Both the position numbers and the translations under genes were made by a program. From Nitrospirota bacterium (lineage in GTDB: Bacteria; Nitrospirota; UBA9217): a stretch of 64,000 nucleotides of DNA. The DNA is taken from the NCBI GenBank assembly GCA_963663225.1, contig OY760142.1:2688001-2752000 (forward strand). Direction: 5' to 3'. This document shows, piece by piece, positions 10,389 through 20,298 of this stretch. The first letter of the stretch is position 1. Every line of letters starts with the position of its first letter. Below the pieces are notes generated by a model. The model was not told where the DNA came from. It worked only from the letters and a program-made list of their open reading frames with translations, and did no database searches.

Positions 10389-13300
10389 TTAGAGTTTACT
10401 TATTAACTGCAGTCTGTGGCTGTCGAGAAAAAAAAGATAACCTTCCACAGTATCGAGCCGGAATATTTCTTTTGCAGCGGCGCAGTATATCTGCACCTGA
10501 GGTCGGTAATGGTCAATCCAGAGTGCAAGATCTTCTTCATCTTTGATCTGAATGGCTTTGTAGTCAATGATGAAGCCGGTTTTTTCCTGAATAATAATCC
10601 GGTCGATAACACCGCTAATGAGAGACAGGTCTTTTTTTAGAAGAAAAGGAAGCTCAGAATAGGAGGTGTCTTTTTTTGAGAAAATCCAAGAAAAATCTTC
10701 TTTCTGCAGGACTGATTCCAGGACCGATTGCACATCGGCAATAAAAATCCGTCCTTCCGTGCTATCTGAAGCAGGCAGATCGGAAAATTCGCTGATAATT
10801 TTGTCGAGGTCGTATGCTCCCTGTATCGTAAATTCTTGAAGGCAACGATGCATCACGCTGCCGCGTGTGAGTGCAGATACACCTGCCCCCGGATGGTGGC
10901 CAGGGTATATATCGAGGAGGCCTTCATCCTTTTGGACAAGAACGTCTGTGACTTTTTTCCATTCCGGTGTTTTTGTTGAGGGAAGAGGGGAGATGTTCTC
11001 GCCGACATTCTTTGTATCTGCGGAAATTATCCCGATTTGTTCAGTCAATGCGGGATGTTCCAAGGGCATATTAACGGTGAGGGCTTCTTGCTGCCAGCCG
11101 GGAAAGCTGTATGTAATGATTTCTGAAGAAGAAACCTCGTGGTTCTCAAGAGGCAATGTTTTATGGAGAAAATCGAGCCATGTATTCTTCCTGTATGCTG
11201 ATGTTTTTCCTGTTGAGAGGGTTCCTGACATGATCAGGTGATCACGGGCACGTGTCATGGCGACGTATAAAAGACGCTGATATTCGCGCATATACTCCTG
11301 TTGTTCCCCTGTCCATAATTCCTCATAGACCGGGTTGCAGGCACTCCTGACCGCCATACGCCGTCTGACCTCTTCGTTTTTTTGCATATCCTCAAGAACA
11401 AGGGCCTCAGGACCAATGGTGAGTGATTGCGAGGCCTGGTCTATTCCCGGCAGAAATACAATAGGATATTCCAGCCCCTTGGCCTTGTGTACGGTCAGAA
11501 TGCTCACGGAACCCTCGAAGCCCGGCAGATTCATGTCCGAGGTGGCTTCACGTTGTTCGGTGTCCCGGATGTTCCTGATCCATTCAACAAAGTCCTGAAG
11601 CGTGGTATATCCTCGCCGGTCGAATTCTCCCGCCGTGTCGAGCAGCTTGTCAATGTTGAAAATCGCCTGCTGATTGATCTTCCCAAATTTGACGTATGCG
11701 CAACTGTCATCAACAATTCTGTGTATCAGGCCCGCAAGAGGAACAAGTCTGGCGATCTCCGTCCAGCGGCTCAACATGCGCCATACTTCCGGATACTGCT
11801 GTTTGAGCGCATGAGGCACCTCATGATCCGCCAGAACCATGCGGGCAATGTCGCTCTCATGGAGACCGAAAAGGGGCGATTTGAGCGCTGAAAACAAAGA
11901 AAGAACGTCATCATGGTTCCAGAGGTAAAACAGGATATTGATGATTGCTTGTATTTCAATTTCTTCGTAGAAACCGATTCCTCCCACCACACGGTAAGGA
12001 ATGCCTTGTGACTGCAATGCCGCCTCATACTCCTTCAGCCTGGTTCTGGATTGGATAAGGATCGCGCAATCTCCATATCCAGCCGGTCGCAGGCGCCAGT
12101 CTTCATCTGAAGCAGGAAAGAGTTCCGTTTGGATCGGTTGTTTTAGTCTATTTTCCCGATGAGGCGGAGTAGCAAAATTGGCGACCTGTTCATAGACAGG
12201 CGTACCGGTTGCTATCATTTTTGATATTTCCAGCGCGATGATTTCTGGTTCGCCGTTGAACGAAACAGTCTGCGTCTTCCGTTTTTTTGGTATTTCAATA
12301 ATACGCACACTTCCCGCATGTGTTTTTCGAACCGCTTCGGCAGGGATATACAGATCATTCCAGAGTCCTGAAAAAACCTGGTTGACTGTTCCGATAATTT
12401 CGGGTGTTGAACGGTAATTTTTTTCAAGAGAGAGTACCTCTCGCGCCTCCCGTGGTATTCTCTCTTCCATGAGCGTGCGTACATCATGAATCAGGCGATA
12501 GTTTGCTTCCCGGAAGCGGTAAATGGATTGCTTTTCATCACCGACGATGAAAAGAGTGGGGGGCATGGGCTTGTCCGTTCCCATGCCTGCAAAAAGTTCT
12601 TCGGTCAATTTGTGTATAATGGCCCACTGGATATCGCTTGTATCCTGGAACTCGTCGACGAGAAAGTGGAGTATCTTCCGGTCGAGCCAGTAAAGAATAT
12701 CCGGAGATGCGGCTCCCTGAAGAAGCCGATACGCGGATATTTCAAGATCATCAAAGTCAAGAAGACCTTCCCTGAGCTTTGATTCCCGATATTTTTCTTC
12801 CGCAAGCAGATAGAGTTTGATGATGTCTTCTGATACATCGCTTGCATGGATGCGCAGATATGCTTTTTTAAAGTTTGCAAGAAAATCCTGTATCTGAAAG
12901 AACAAAGATTCATACTCCCGGTGTTTTTGCATACTGACAAATGCTTTTGCAGTGATCGGCGGTTTTTTCCGCGGTGAATCTTCCGCCGTGAAATAAATGG
13001 GAAAGACCGCACGTGCGATGTCGTAGGTCGTTTCTGGGGCCTGTACGGAGGCGAGTGCGGCGTGTTCAGCACCCCTGCAGGAAAAATAACCGTCGCCTGC
13101 CGATGCAAGCAGCTTTTCCATTGTCTGAAAGGCATTCCGCCAGGTGCTGCTTGAGACAAGCGCAAGGATCTCCTCGTAATCTGCATCTTTGCTCATTCCC
13201 TGCCGGAAGGTTTGGAGCAGGCCTTCAGGCCCTCCCGCATCAATCTCTATCCGTTTGAGCCTGCTCCTGATCGAGAGAAGATAAGTGATCTTTTCGACAA

Positions 13301-13772
13301 GCTCATCTATCGAAAAAGTGCTGAGGGGCGATGAGGGATCATTCGTATACGTTGAATCTTCCAGTGCGTCTTCAACAGCTTTTTTGATTTTATACGCCTG
13401 GTCTCTGCTGTCGAGTATGCCGAAGTCCGGCGGTAAGCCGGCTTCCAGAGGATATTGCTTCAAAAGATTCATGCAGAATGAGTGAATGGTCGAGATACGG
13501 AGGTCCTGTGTTCCGTGAATGATTTTTTTGAGCATTGTTTCGGGCAGATCATTCATGACCCGTTTTTTTATTTCAGCGGCGGCTTTATCCGTAAAGGTAA
13601 TGGCAACAGCCTGGTCGAAATGAAGGCCGTTTTTGTCGAGATTCGCAAGAAGCGCAAGATAGCGTTCTTTCAGAGCGCGGGTTTTGCCTGAGCCTGCTGA
13701 GGCTGACAAATGCACTGATTTTCTGGTATCAGCAGTTTCCGATATGTTTTTATTCTGGTGGCTAGCGGTCAT
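10389..13772 (-). CDS. addA: AddA-like UvrD helicase/PD-(D/E)xK nuclease
   Basis: SASAGSGKT, DEFQD, VGDEKQSIYRFR, TVHKAKGLE and YVAMTRA helicase motifs; C-terminal GVIDR-x-IIDYK nuclease motif. Confidence 0.88.
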   Translation of the reverse strand: MTASHQNKNISETADTRKSVHLSASAGSGKTRALKERYLALLANLDKNGLHFDQAVAITFTDKAAAEIKKRVMNDLPETMLKKIIHGTQDLRISTIHSFCMNLLKQYPLEAGLPPDFGILDSRDQAYKIKKAVEDALEDSTYTNDPSSPLSTFSIDELVEKITYLLSIRSRLKRIEIDAGGPEGLLQTFRQGMSKDADYEEILALVSSSTWRNAFQTMEKLLASAGDGYFSCRGAEHAALASVQAPETTYDIARAVFPIYFTAEDSPRKKPPITAKAFVSMQKHREYESLFFQIQDFLANFKKAYLRIHASDVSEDIIKLYLLAEEKYRESKLREGLLDFDDLEISAYRLLQGAASPDILYWLDRKILHFLVDEFQDTSDIQWAIIHKLTEELFAGMGTDKPMPPTLFIVGDEKQSIYRFREANYRLIHDVRTLMEERIPREAREVLSLEKNYRSTPEIIGTVNQVFSGLWNDLYIPAEAVRKTHAGSVRIIEIPKKRKTQTVSFNGEPEIIALEISKMIATGTPVYEQVANFATPPHRENRLKQPIQTELFPASDEDWRLRPAGYGDCAILIQSRTRLKEYEAALQSQGIPYRVVGGIGFYEEIEIQAIINILFYLWNHDDVLSLFSALKSPLFGLHESDIARMVLADHEVPHALKQQYPEVWRMLSRWTEIARLVPLAGLIHRIVDDSCAYVKFGKINQQAIFNIDKLLDTAGEFDRRGYTTLQDFVEWIRNIRDTEQREATSDMNLPGFEGSVSILTVHKAKGLEYPIVFLPGIDQASQSLTIGPEALVLEDMQKNEEVRRRMAVRSACNPVYEELWTGEQQEYMREYQRLLYVAMTRARDHLIMSGTLSTGKTSAYRKNTWLDFLHKTLPLENHEVSSSEIITYSFPGWQQEALTVNMPLEHPALTEQIGIISADTKNVGENISPLPSTKTPEWKKVTDVLVQKDEGLLDIYPGHHPGAGVSALTRGSVMHRCLQEFTIQGAYDLDKIISEFSDLPASDSTEGRIFIADVQSVLESVLQKEDFSWIFSKKDTSYSELPFLLKKDLSLISGVIDRIIIQEKTGFIIDYKAIQIKDEEDLALWIDHYRPQVQIYCAAAKEIFRLDTVEGYLFFLDSHRLQLISKL

Positions 13773-16700
13773 TTTCTTTTTTTTCGCACAGCATCTCGTT
13801 TCGGCAGTAACGGCACTTGCTTTCTTCTCTCGGCCGCGGCCTGAAATCGTTTTTAAGGATGCCCTCAACTGCTTGGGCAGCTTTCTCTATGCTTTTGTCC
13901 AGAATGGTTTTATATTCATCGGCGTGTTTCTTGGCGGCCCTGGGTTTGGATGACGGTTGTTCCGGCAGGATGTCTCCGTCATACAGAACGACATCACGTG
14001 CATCCGCGCTGTTTTTGCCGGCAAGGTCATAATAGGCAAGGCCGATGGATTTCTTGAGCCCGGGATTACCGTCTGACAGAGCCGATTGAGCCATGATTGA
14101 GTAGATAGGAAGCTGGAACAGGTCCTGCTCCAGGCCCATTTTCGGCAGCGGATATTTCCCGGTTTTATAATCAACGATAATGTAATTTCCCCTGTCGTCA
14201 ACATCGATGCGGTCGATTTTTCCGGAAAGCATGACGTTCTTGCCGTCCGCAAGAGTGAGCATGAACGCTTCAAGAGTCCGCTCCAGATATGCCGGACGCA
14301 TGCCGTGTGTCCAGAACTCTTCTTCGGCATCTAAAAAACGTTTCATGATACGGGTTTGAAATTCTATCTTTTCCCGGCGATTTCGCATTGAGTCTGCTTC
14401 TCTGGCAAAGGCAGACTCTGAAAGGTTTTTGAGAATGATTTCCGCTTCCGGCCGGTTTTTTTTCGTTATGGGAACGTTCCATGACAGATAGAACTTGTGC
14501 AAAAGAGCATGTATCTTACTGCCCTTGTCACGGGGAGAAATGTCTTCTGTCACCGCTTCCAAAGGTTCAATTCCAAGGATATGTTTGACATAATAGTCGT
14601 ACGGGCAGGCAAGGTAATCATCCAGTTCTGTTACCCGGAATTCCTGCCTGTGCTGAACAGGTACATCTTCAGCCGGCGACGAACGTTGGGAACAGAGCGC
14701 TGATGTAATGGCTGCCAGGGGAGAAGAAAACTCCGGTTTTTTCACGGATAAATCCGCAAGCCATTCAGCAAGACTGTTTGCATCATTGTTGAACTGGATG
14801 TTGCTTGCGATGCCGACGGCTTTGGCCAGTTCCTGAAAGCTTTCGCTTTTTTCCAGTGAGAGAGGAAACTGTATCCCTGCCGTTTTTTCGATGCCCCGGT
14901 TGAGAACGCCGGCTATTTTAAAGGGAGTCAGTTCTTCCAGAAATGGCGAAGGAATCACCGGTTTGTCGCCCTTATTCTCCGGCCAGGTGAGGGTAACGGT
15001 GTCCGCAGAAAGAAGAATCCTGTAGAAGTGGTATGCCGCCAGAAGGCGCTGACGCTCGATGGTATTTGCACCCAAAGCTTCAAGCGTTGATTCCGGCAGA
15101 AAAATATTCTGCGGCAAATGCTGCGGAAAGGCCGCATCCGTCAGGCCGCCAAAATATATTTCCGACCAGGGGAGAGCCGCGCTTTCCTGAAGACCCAGGA
15201 TTTGGACGCCGCTCTCGTCTTCCGGAGGGACCTGAAATCGTGTTTGCATGAATGTTTTTTTCAACAGAAAAAGCCATTCCTGAAACGTATAGTTGTATTC
15301 CGGAAAAAGTCTGGCTGCTCCCGCTAACGAGGCAATAGTTTCATTCAGCTTGCGAAATGCTTGAAGGTTGATGTTCAGAGGGCCATGCATATTTTCCACC
15401 CCTGCTCTGAGTCCCGACCATGCGAGCAGATCATTGAAACGATTCAACCAGGCAAGAAGAGGCGCGGATTCCGGGGTGTTGAAAGGGCCCAAAACAGCGA
15501 AAAGATCGTGCAATGATTCAGTCAGGATGTCAATACCGTTTCCATCAGTCGCATGGTACCGGAGTGCCGCCTGAAGTCTGTTTCTTCCTCCAAGTATGCG
15601 GTGGCGCCTCATAAACCGATCGAAAGCAGGCGCCAACTGTGGCTGGTCAGAGAATTTAAGAAAGGGTGAACTGAAGATTCTGAGCAGCGAAGCAGCGGAA
15701 AAATCCTCCTGGCAAGCGTTGAGAAGAGAAATTATCGAAGTGACGACCGGTGATGCGCTGAGCTGCCTGCCCAGCGCACGGTTGTACGGTATGCCGTAGT
15801 CCGAAAAAATTTCTTCGACCAGGGGGGCGTATTCATCGAGTGCAGGAAAGACGACGAGGAGTGAGTCGGCCGCAGCACCGCCCCGTATGGATTTTTTAAT
15901 CATGCCGGCAATCAACGATATCTCTTCGCGGGTATTCACCGCCGAAAGCAGGTTTATTTTTTTTGTAAAAGACGAAAGAGCAGAGAGTTTTTTGGTCACT
16001 TCTGAACAGAGCTTGTTTGAAAAAAGAACGGACGCTATTATATGATTATCAGGAGATGCCGTTGTTTCATCGCATGCCGAGAGACCGTTCGTAGCGGACA
16101 GGAAGTCTTTTATGATCCTGATCGGATGCGCATTGTCGGTGCTGTTTATAATTTCACGCGCAGGCGCTTCCACGAAGCAGGTGCACCGGTTCAGTGCCGC
16201 AATTTTCAAGAGTATATCATGCTCAGACTTTTGTGCATCGTAGAAACCGTCAATAATAATTTTTTGATAACCGGTGAACCACGACTGATCAAAAGCGGCA
16301 AGAAGGAACGCATGCATTCCTTCCGGGTCCGTACGATGCTTGTTTGACAATACGTCGCGATACTGAACGTAAACGTCCAGCAGCAGTTTGACTTGCGGTT
16401 TGTGGAAAAAATCCTCTTCTTTGATTTTTGCCAGGAGGTCTTCGGGCGCTATACCGGCGGCTGACAGCTGCGTGATCATTCCAGCAAGGGCGGACGAAAG
16501 AGACGGTGCCAGAAGCTTCGGGTCCTGTTGAAACAGATTGTTCCGAACGAGGTGTTTCTTAACAATGCCTTCAAGCAGAAGAAGTTTGCTGCTTTCGTTC
16601 ACGACTGAAGGAACAGAGCATTTTCTGCTCAATTTTTCCAAAAACTGATGGATTGTCAAGATATCCGGTTGCACGAGTGCGTTGGTATTGTGCAAACGAT

Positions 16701-16875
16701 GAAGAGCGTCCAGAAAGAGCCTGCCGTACATGCGCTTCATGCGCGTAGAGGCAACCAGAATGAGTATATCGTTGAACAGGTATGGAGCCTCCGGCCTGGA
16801 TGCAACGATTCTGTCTACAAACCGTATTCTTTCAGACCATCCTGCGGTGCCGTATGGAAGCAGCGTACAGTTCAT
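13762..16875 (-). CDS. addB: AddB-like PD-(D/E)xK nuclease with a four-Cys Fe-S staple
   Basis: LACPY...CRYC-x5-C; GKIDRID-x-IVDYKTG; overlaps the addA start. Confidence 0.85.
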   Translation of the reverse strand: MNCTLLPYGTAGWSERIRFVDRIVASRPEAPYLFNDILILVASTRMKRMYGRLFLDALHRLHNTNALVQPDILTIHQFLEKLSRKCSVPSVVNESSKLLLLEGIVKKHLVRNNLFQQDPKLLAPSLSSALAGMITQLSAAGIAPEDLLAKIKEEDFFHKPQVKLLLDVYVQYRDVLSNKHRTDPEGMHAFLLAAFDQSWFTGYQKIIIDGFYDAQKSEHDILLKIAALNRCTCFVEAPAREIINSTDNAHPIRIIKDFLSATNGLSACDETTASPDNHIIASVLFSNKLCSEVTKKLSALSSFTKKINLLSAVNTREEISLIAGMIKKSIRGGAAADSLLVVFPALDEYAPLVEEIFSDYGIPYNRALGRQLSASPVVTSIISLLNACQEDFSAASLLRIFSSPFLKFSDQPQLAPAFDRFMRRHRILGGRNRLQAALRYHATDGNGIDILTESLHDLFAVLGPFNTPESAPLLAWLNRFNDLLAWSGLRAGVENMHGPLNINLQAFRKLNETIASLAGAARLFPEYNYTFQEWLFLLKKTFMQTRFQVPPEDESGVQILGLQESAALPWSEIYFGGLTDAAFPQHLPQNIFLPESTLEALGANTIERQRLLAAYHFYRILLSADTVTLTWPENKGDKPVIPSPFLEELTPFKIAGVLNRGIEKTAGIQFPLSLEKSESFQELAKAVGIASNIQFNNDANSLAEWLADLSVKKPEFSSPLAAITSALCSQRSSPAEDVPVQHRQEFRVTELDDYLACPYDYYVKHILGIEPLEAVTEDISPRDKGSKIHALLHKFYLSWNVPITKKNRPEAEIILKNLSESAFAREADSMRNRREKIEFQTRIMKRFLDAEEEFWTHGMRPAYLERTLEAFMLTLADGKNVMLSGKIDRIDVDDRGNYIIVDYKTGKYPLPKMGLEQDLFQLPIYSIMAQSALSDGNPGLKKSIGLAYYDLAGKNSADARDVVLYDGDILPEQPSSKPRAAKKHADEYKTILDKSIEKAAQAVEGILKNDFRPRPREESKCRYCRNEMLCEKKENDR

Positions 16876-16905
16876 TAATCGCTATTATGCCATAATTGAA
16901 ATTTA

Positions 16906-16934
16906 TTGACAATGAGCGGTCTATCGACTATAAT
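16906..16934 (+). promoter_or_regulatory. Consensus sigma70 promoter of trxA
   Basis: TTGACA(16906)-17 nt-TATAAT(16929). Confidence 0.85.
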
Positions 16935-16984
16935 TTTTTTACCGTATCGTAACGCTGTATTGCAGCATTCTGAAGGAGGACAGC

Positions 16985-17308
16985 ATGGCTGAAGCGGTAA
17001 CAAGTGCAACCTGGGAGCAGGAAGTGCTGAAAGCGCAAGGACTGGTACTGGTTGATTTTTGGGCAGTCTGGTGCGGACCCTGCAGAATGGTTGCCCCTAT
17101 TGTTGATGAGATTTCCAAGGAATACGAAGGCAAACTAAAAGTATTGAAACTGAATACGGATGAAAATCCGGATGTTGCCGGGAAATACCGTATAATGGGC
17201 ATCCCGACATTGATGTTTTTCAAAAATGGCCAGACAGTCGATCAGGTGGTCGGCGCGGTCCCCAAAGCGCAGCTTAAAACGAAAATAGACGCACTTCTTG
17301 CAAAATAA
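16985..17308 (+). CDS. trxA: Thioredoxin
   Basis: WCGPC active site; GGAGGA RBS. Confidence 0.97.
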   Translation: MAEAVTSATWEQEVLKAQGLVLVDFWAVWCGPCRMVAPIVDEISKEYEGKLKVLKLNTDENPDVAGKYRIMGIPTLMFFKNGQTVDQVVGAVPKAQLKTKIDALLAK

Positions 17309-17415
17309 CAACATACACTGGTAGTAACGAAGTATTGTTCAATATAAATATGCCTGCTTCTGCAGGCTATTTTTTTATCCTAAGCGGAGGCACTCTCTTC
17401 TCCATATATTTTACA

Positions 17416-17907
17416 ATGGCCAAACTATTTTTCATTGCCGTTTTTACTGCAATAGCTTTGCTTTCGGCCTGTTCTGACATGCAAACACCGGCGGATTCAG
17501 CCACGTTCGCTGCGGAATTTTCGCTTCAAGATTTAAACGGCAACACAGTAAAACTGTCGGATTATCGGGGGAGGGTTGTCTTGCTCGAATTTTGGGCCAC
17601 TTGGTGTCCGCCGTGCAGAGCGGCAATACCCGACATCGAAAAGATTCATCAAAAATATAAAGACAAGGGACTGGTCGTTCTTGCCATATCACTGGACAAA
17701 GGAGACTGGAGCTTTGTAAAATCTTTTTTGGTGTCGTACGGTATTACATACGCCGTTCTTAAAGGTACAGATGACATTCCGGAACGATACAAAGTTCGCT
17801 CAATTCCTACGACAATGATCCTCGATAAAACCGGAAAAATCATCAAACGATATGTCGGATTCGGAACGGAAGAGAACTTTGAAAAAGACATCAAGGTTCT
17901 CTTATAA
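17416..17907 (+). CDS. TlpA/ResA-family thiol-disulfide oxidoreductase lipoprotein
   Basis: LSAC lipobox; FWATWCPPC motif. Confidence 0.9.
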   Translation: MAKLFFIAVFTAIALLSACSDMQTPADSATFAAEFSLQDLNGNTVKLSDYRGRVVLLEFWATWCPPCRAAIPDIEKIHQKYKDKGLVVLAISLDKGDWSFVKSFLVSYGITYAVLKGTDDIPERYKVRSIPTTMILDKTGKIIKRYVGFGTEENFEKDIKVLL

Positions 17908-17946
17908 CACAATTGCAGACAAGCAGTGCTGTTTCCGGTTTTTTGA

Positions 17947-17975
17947 TTGACAACATCAATGCCGGTGGCTATAAT
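17947..17975 (+). promoter_or_regulatory. Consensus sigma70 promoter of tRNA-Gly
   Basis: TTGACA(17947)-17 nt-TATAAT(17970). Confidence 0.85.
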
Positions 17976-17987
17976 ATTTCACGAAAA

Positions 17988-18063
17988 GCGGGCGTAGCTC
18001 AGTTGGTAGAGTACAAGCTTCCCAAGCTTGGGGTCGCGGGTTCGAGACCCGTCGCCCGCTCCA
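17988..18063 (+). tRNA. tRNA-Gly (CCC)
   Basis: 76 nt; GCGGGCG/CGCCCGC acceptor stem, D loop AGTTGGTA, anticodon arm CAAGC-TTCCCAA-GCTTG, GGTTCGA T loop, encoded CCA. Confidence 0.97.
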
Positions 18064-18360
18064 TTTTATTCCTTTTTTTTATAATGATCAGTATTTGTGA
18101 AGTGCCATTAATCCCCGCGCGAAAATTCCATCCCAAGGTTAATTTAGGCTGAAATTTTAAATATTTTAATTATTATTAATATGTCACTTCTTTCCAAAGA
18201 GGTGACTCTGGACATTAAGAGGTGTGCAGTTTGCAAAATAAATATGTGCTCGTAGACAATCCCAAGTTTATCGGTCTACTGTCGAGTGCCCGGCATGCTC
18301 ACTGCTGAACCGGTTGATACGCAAAAGTGAAATATCTGAAGAGAAACGCCAATAAATATA

Positions 18361-18389
18361 TTGACTTAGTTTTTGCAAATGGTTATAAA
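18361..18389 (+). promoter_or_regulatory. Putative sigma70 promoter
   Basis: TTGACT-17 nt-TATAAA upstream of the lipoprotein gene. Confidence 0.55.
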
Positions 18390-18425
18390 GAACAATACAT
18401 GTCTGTAAAGACTGGAGGGGTTGCC

Positions 18426-18854
18426 ATGAACGTGAAGATCAAAAAGAGTTTCATTATTGCGCTTGCTGCGCTTGCTGTGTTTGCAGTACTTGCGGGCTGT
18501 GCGCGTAACAAGTCCACGGAAGATACAACTACGCCCCAGAAACAGGAGAAAGCCGAAAAAGTCGACAAGAAAACCGACAAAAAAGATGAAAACAAAACCG
18601 GCATAATCGGCACTCCTGCGCGTGGCAGTAAATTTGCCAGGCTGAAACTCGGCATGACCATGAATGAAGTATTTGCCAAGATAGGTAGACCGAACGCCCA
18701 GTGGCATCGTCCTACAGGCAAATCGCACATCCCGTTTTATTTTGGTGATGACCGGTGGGTATTTGAATGCTCATACAAAAAAGAGGGCAGGTTGACCTTC
18801 AATTCCGGCGGGGATCAAATTCTAACCACTATCGAAGTCAATAAAAAAGAATAG
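18426..18854 (+). CDS. Hypothetical lipoprotein (possible SmpA/BamE-like fold)
   Basis: LAGC lipobox; LKLGMT-x2-EV-x3-IGRP motif; GGAGG RBS. Confidence 0.7.
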   Translation: MNVKIKKSFIIALAALAVFAVLAGCARNKSTEDTTTPQKQEKAEKVDKKTDKKDENKTGIIGTPARGSKFARLKLGMTMNEVFAKIGRPNAQWHRPTGKSHIPFYFGDDRWVFECSYKKEGRLTFNSGGDQILTTIEVNKKE

Positions 18855-19247
18855 ACGCTTTGATTTTGATAACAAGCCTTGGCGTATATCCCGCAGTAGG
18901 CATAACCCTTACCGGTTCTTGAATTCATTGAATACGGAACGTGAAATGCCTGCCCGGGGTCTTTGTTAGAAACCGCTCTGAAATATCCTGTATTTAAGGT
19001 TAAAGAAATTTCCCGGGAGTATTTATTTGAAAGGCCTGAGGATATTTAGCCTTCCCTTGCGCTGTTGACAAGATAGAGTGCGGCAAGTCACAGCACTTTT
19101 TTGCTGTCGTATCTTTTTTGCAACGGAAAGTAAAAAGTCGTGCTTGACAAAGGCCAACCTTTTGAATTACTATTCTTTTGTTTAGCTGTGTTGCCGGGTT
19201 CAGAACCCGCCGCCTGCGTCGTTAAATTTAATAGCAGACTGCTGATA

Positions 19248-19281
19248 CAAACCCCGCCTATTTGGATAGACGGGTTTTTTT
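19248..19281 (+). terminator. Rho-independent terminator of a short candidate transcript or leader
   Basis: AAACCCCGCCTAT-TTGG-ATAGACGGGTTTTTTT. Confidence 0.6.
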
Positions 19282-19495
19282 CTGCGCGGTCTTCGTGTCT
19301 AGCTAGGTTCAGGCGGATATCTCGACGGCAGTTGTATTTGTTACCATTCCGCGGCCCGGATTGAAAATCTTTCCATAATTGTTTTCGGATATCATTTTCC
19401 AATTTGTCCGTGGAGATCCCTCCGACAGGAGCCGGAGGATTCCTGAACAAGCACGACCTCAAGTTAAGCGCAACAAGGAACGGCGGGAGAGCGGC

Positions 19496-20266
19496 ATGAG
19501 GCATAATTTTTCCATCGCACTGCAATACCTTACAATATTCAGACTCAATAAAAAGCATAAAATTGAAGAAAATGATCTTGTAAAATCAATGATTTTCTTT
19601 CCTGTGGTCGGCTTTCTGATCGGACTTCTCCTGGTCAATTTCGACAAGTTTTTTACCCTCATCGCACTTCCTCATACGGTCTCCAATCTGCTTCTTGTAG
19701 CGCTTTCTGTTGTCATAACGAAGGCTCTAGATGTTAATGGCCTGGCAAATACACTGGATACCCTTACAGCAGGGGCTGGAAAACATTTGCGCCTTTCTGG
19801 CGCAAGAGACGGCAAAATCGGCACGGCGGGCATTATAGGTGTTTTCTTCATTCTCCTCATGAAATACCTTTGCTTAAACAGTTTGTTTAACAGTGAAAAA
19901 GTGGCGGCTTTATTGATTGCGCCGATGCTTTCCCGATGGTCTCAGACAATTATGGCATTTAAGTCGACCTTCAGGCAAGAGGCTGAAGCGAACAGAACTT
20001 TCGTCGGACACATCAGGACCGGCGAACTCATATATATATCGCTGATTGCGGTTGGTCTGGCGGGATTTGTCATCATTGAAGAGCAAATGAGAGCGGTATT
20101 TCTTATTTGCAGCCTGATCATCGGGGTCGTGCTGTTTACTATTCTGGGACGGAGGTATTTTCTTGCCCGTCCGGACGGAATCAGCAGTGATGCCGTCGGT
20201 GCGGTAAGTGAAATGAATGAAATTCTTGTGTTTCTGCTGTTCGTGATTTTTGCCGGTGTAAACTGA
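19496..20266 (+). CDS. cobS: CobS-family (adenosylcobinamide-GDP ribazoletransferase) membrane protein with degenerate motifs
   Basis: ALQYLT start, FFPVVG, D-x2-IG-x2-G, D-x2-GA-x2-E; multi-TM. Confidence 0.7.
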   Translation: MRHNFSIALQYLTIFRLNKKHKIEENDLVKSMIFFPVVGFLIGLLLVNFDKFFTLIALPHTVSNLLLVALSVVITKALDVNGLANTLDTLTAGAGKHLRLSGARDGKIGTAGIIGVFFILLMKYLCLNSLFNSEKVAALLIAPMLSRWSQTIMAFKSTFRQEAEANRTFVGHIRTGELIYISLIAVGLAGFVIIEEQMRAVFLICSLIIGVVLFTILGRRYFLARPDGISSDAVGAVSEMNEILVFLLFVIFAGVN

Positions 20267-20298
20267 TTGCTCGGGCTTCCGACACCAAGGACGAACGT

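Noticed and set aside
17913-18152. 79-aa ORF in the track
   Set aside because: It overlaps tRNA-Gly and its promoter; spurious
18064-18330. AT-rich DNA and hairpins after tRNA-Gly as a prophage/ICE att site or c-di-GMP riboswitch
   Set aside because: No integrase, no duplicated tRNA 3' end seen, and no GEMM GGCAAA/GAAA architecture
19411-19470. GGAGA...GCCGGAGGA...CCTCAAG as a glycine or cobalamin riboswitch before cobS
   Set aside because: Key motifs (CCGAAG/CTCTCAGG; GGGAA/ACTG B12 box) do not match; only a hairpin is supported
19088-19558. Overlapping ORFs in the cobS upstream region
   Set aside because: No RBS or recognisable motifs; they overlap promoter and terminator signals
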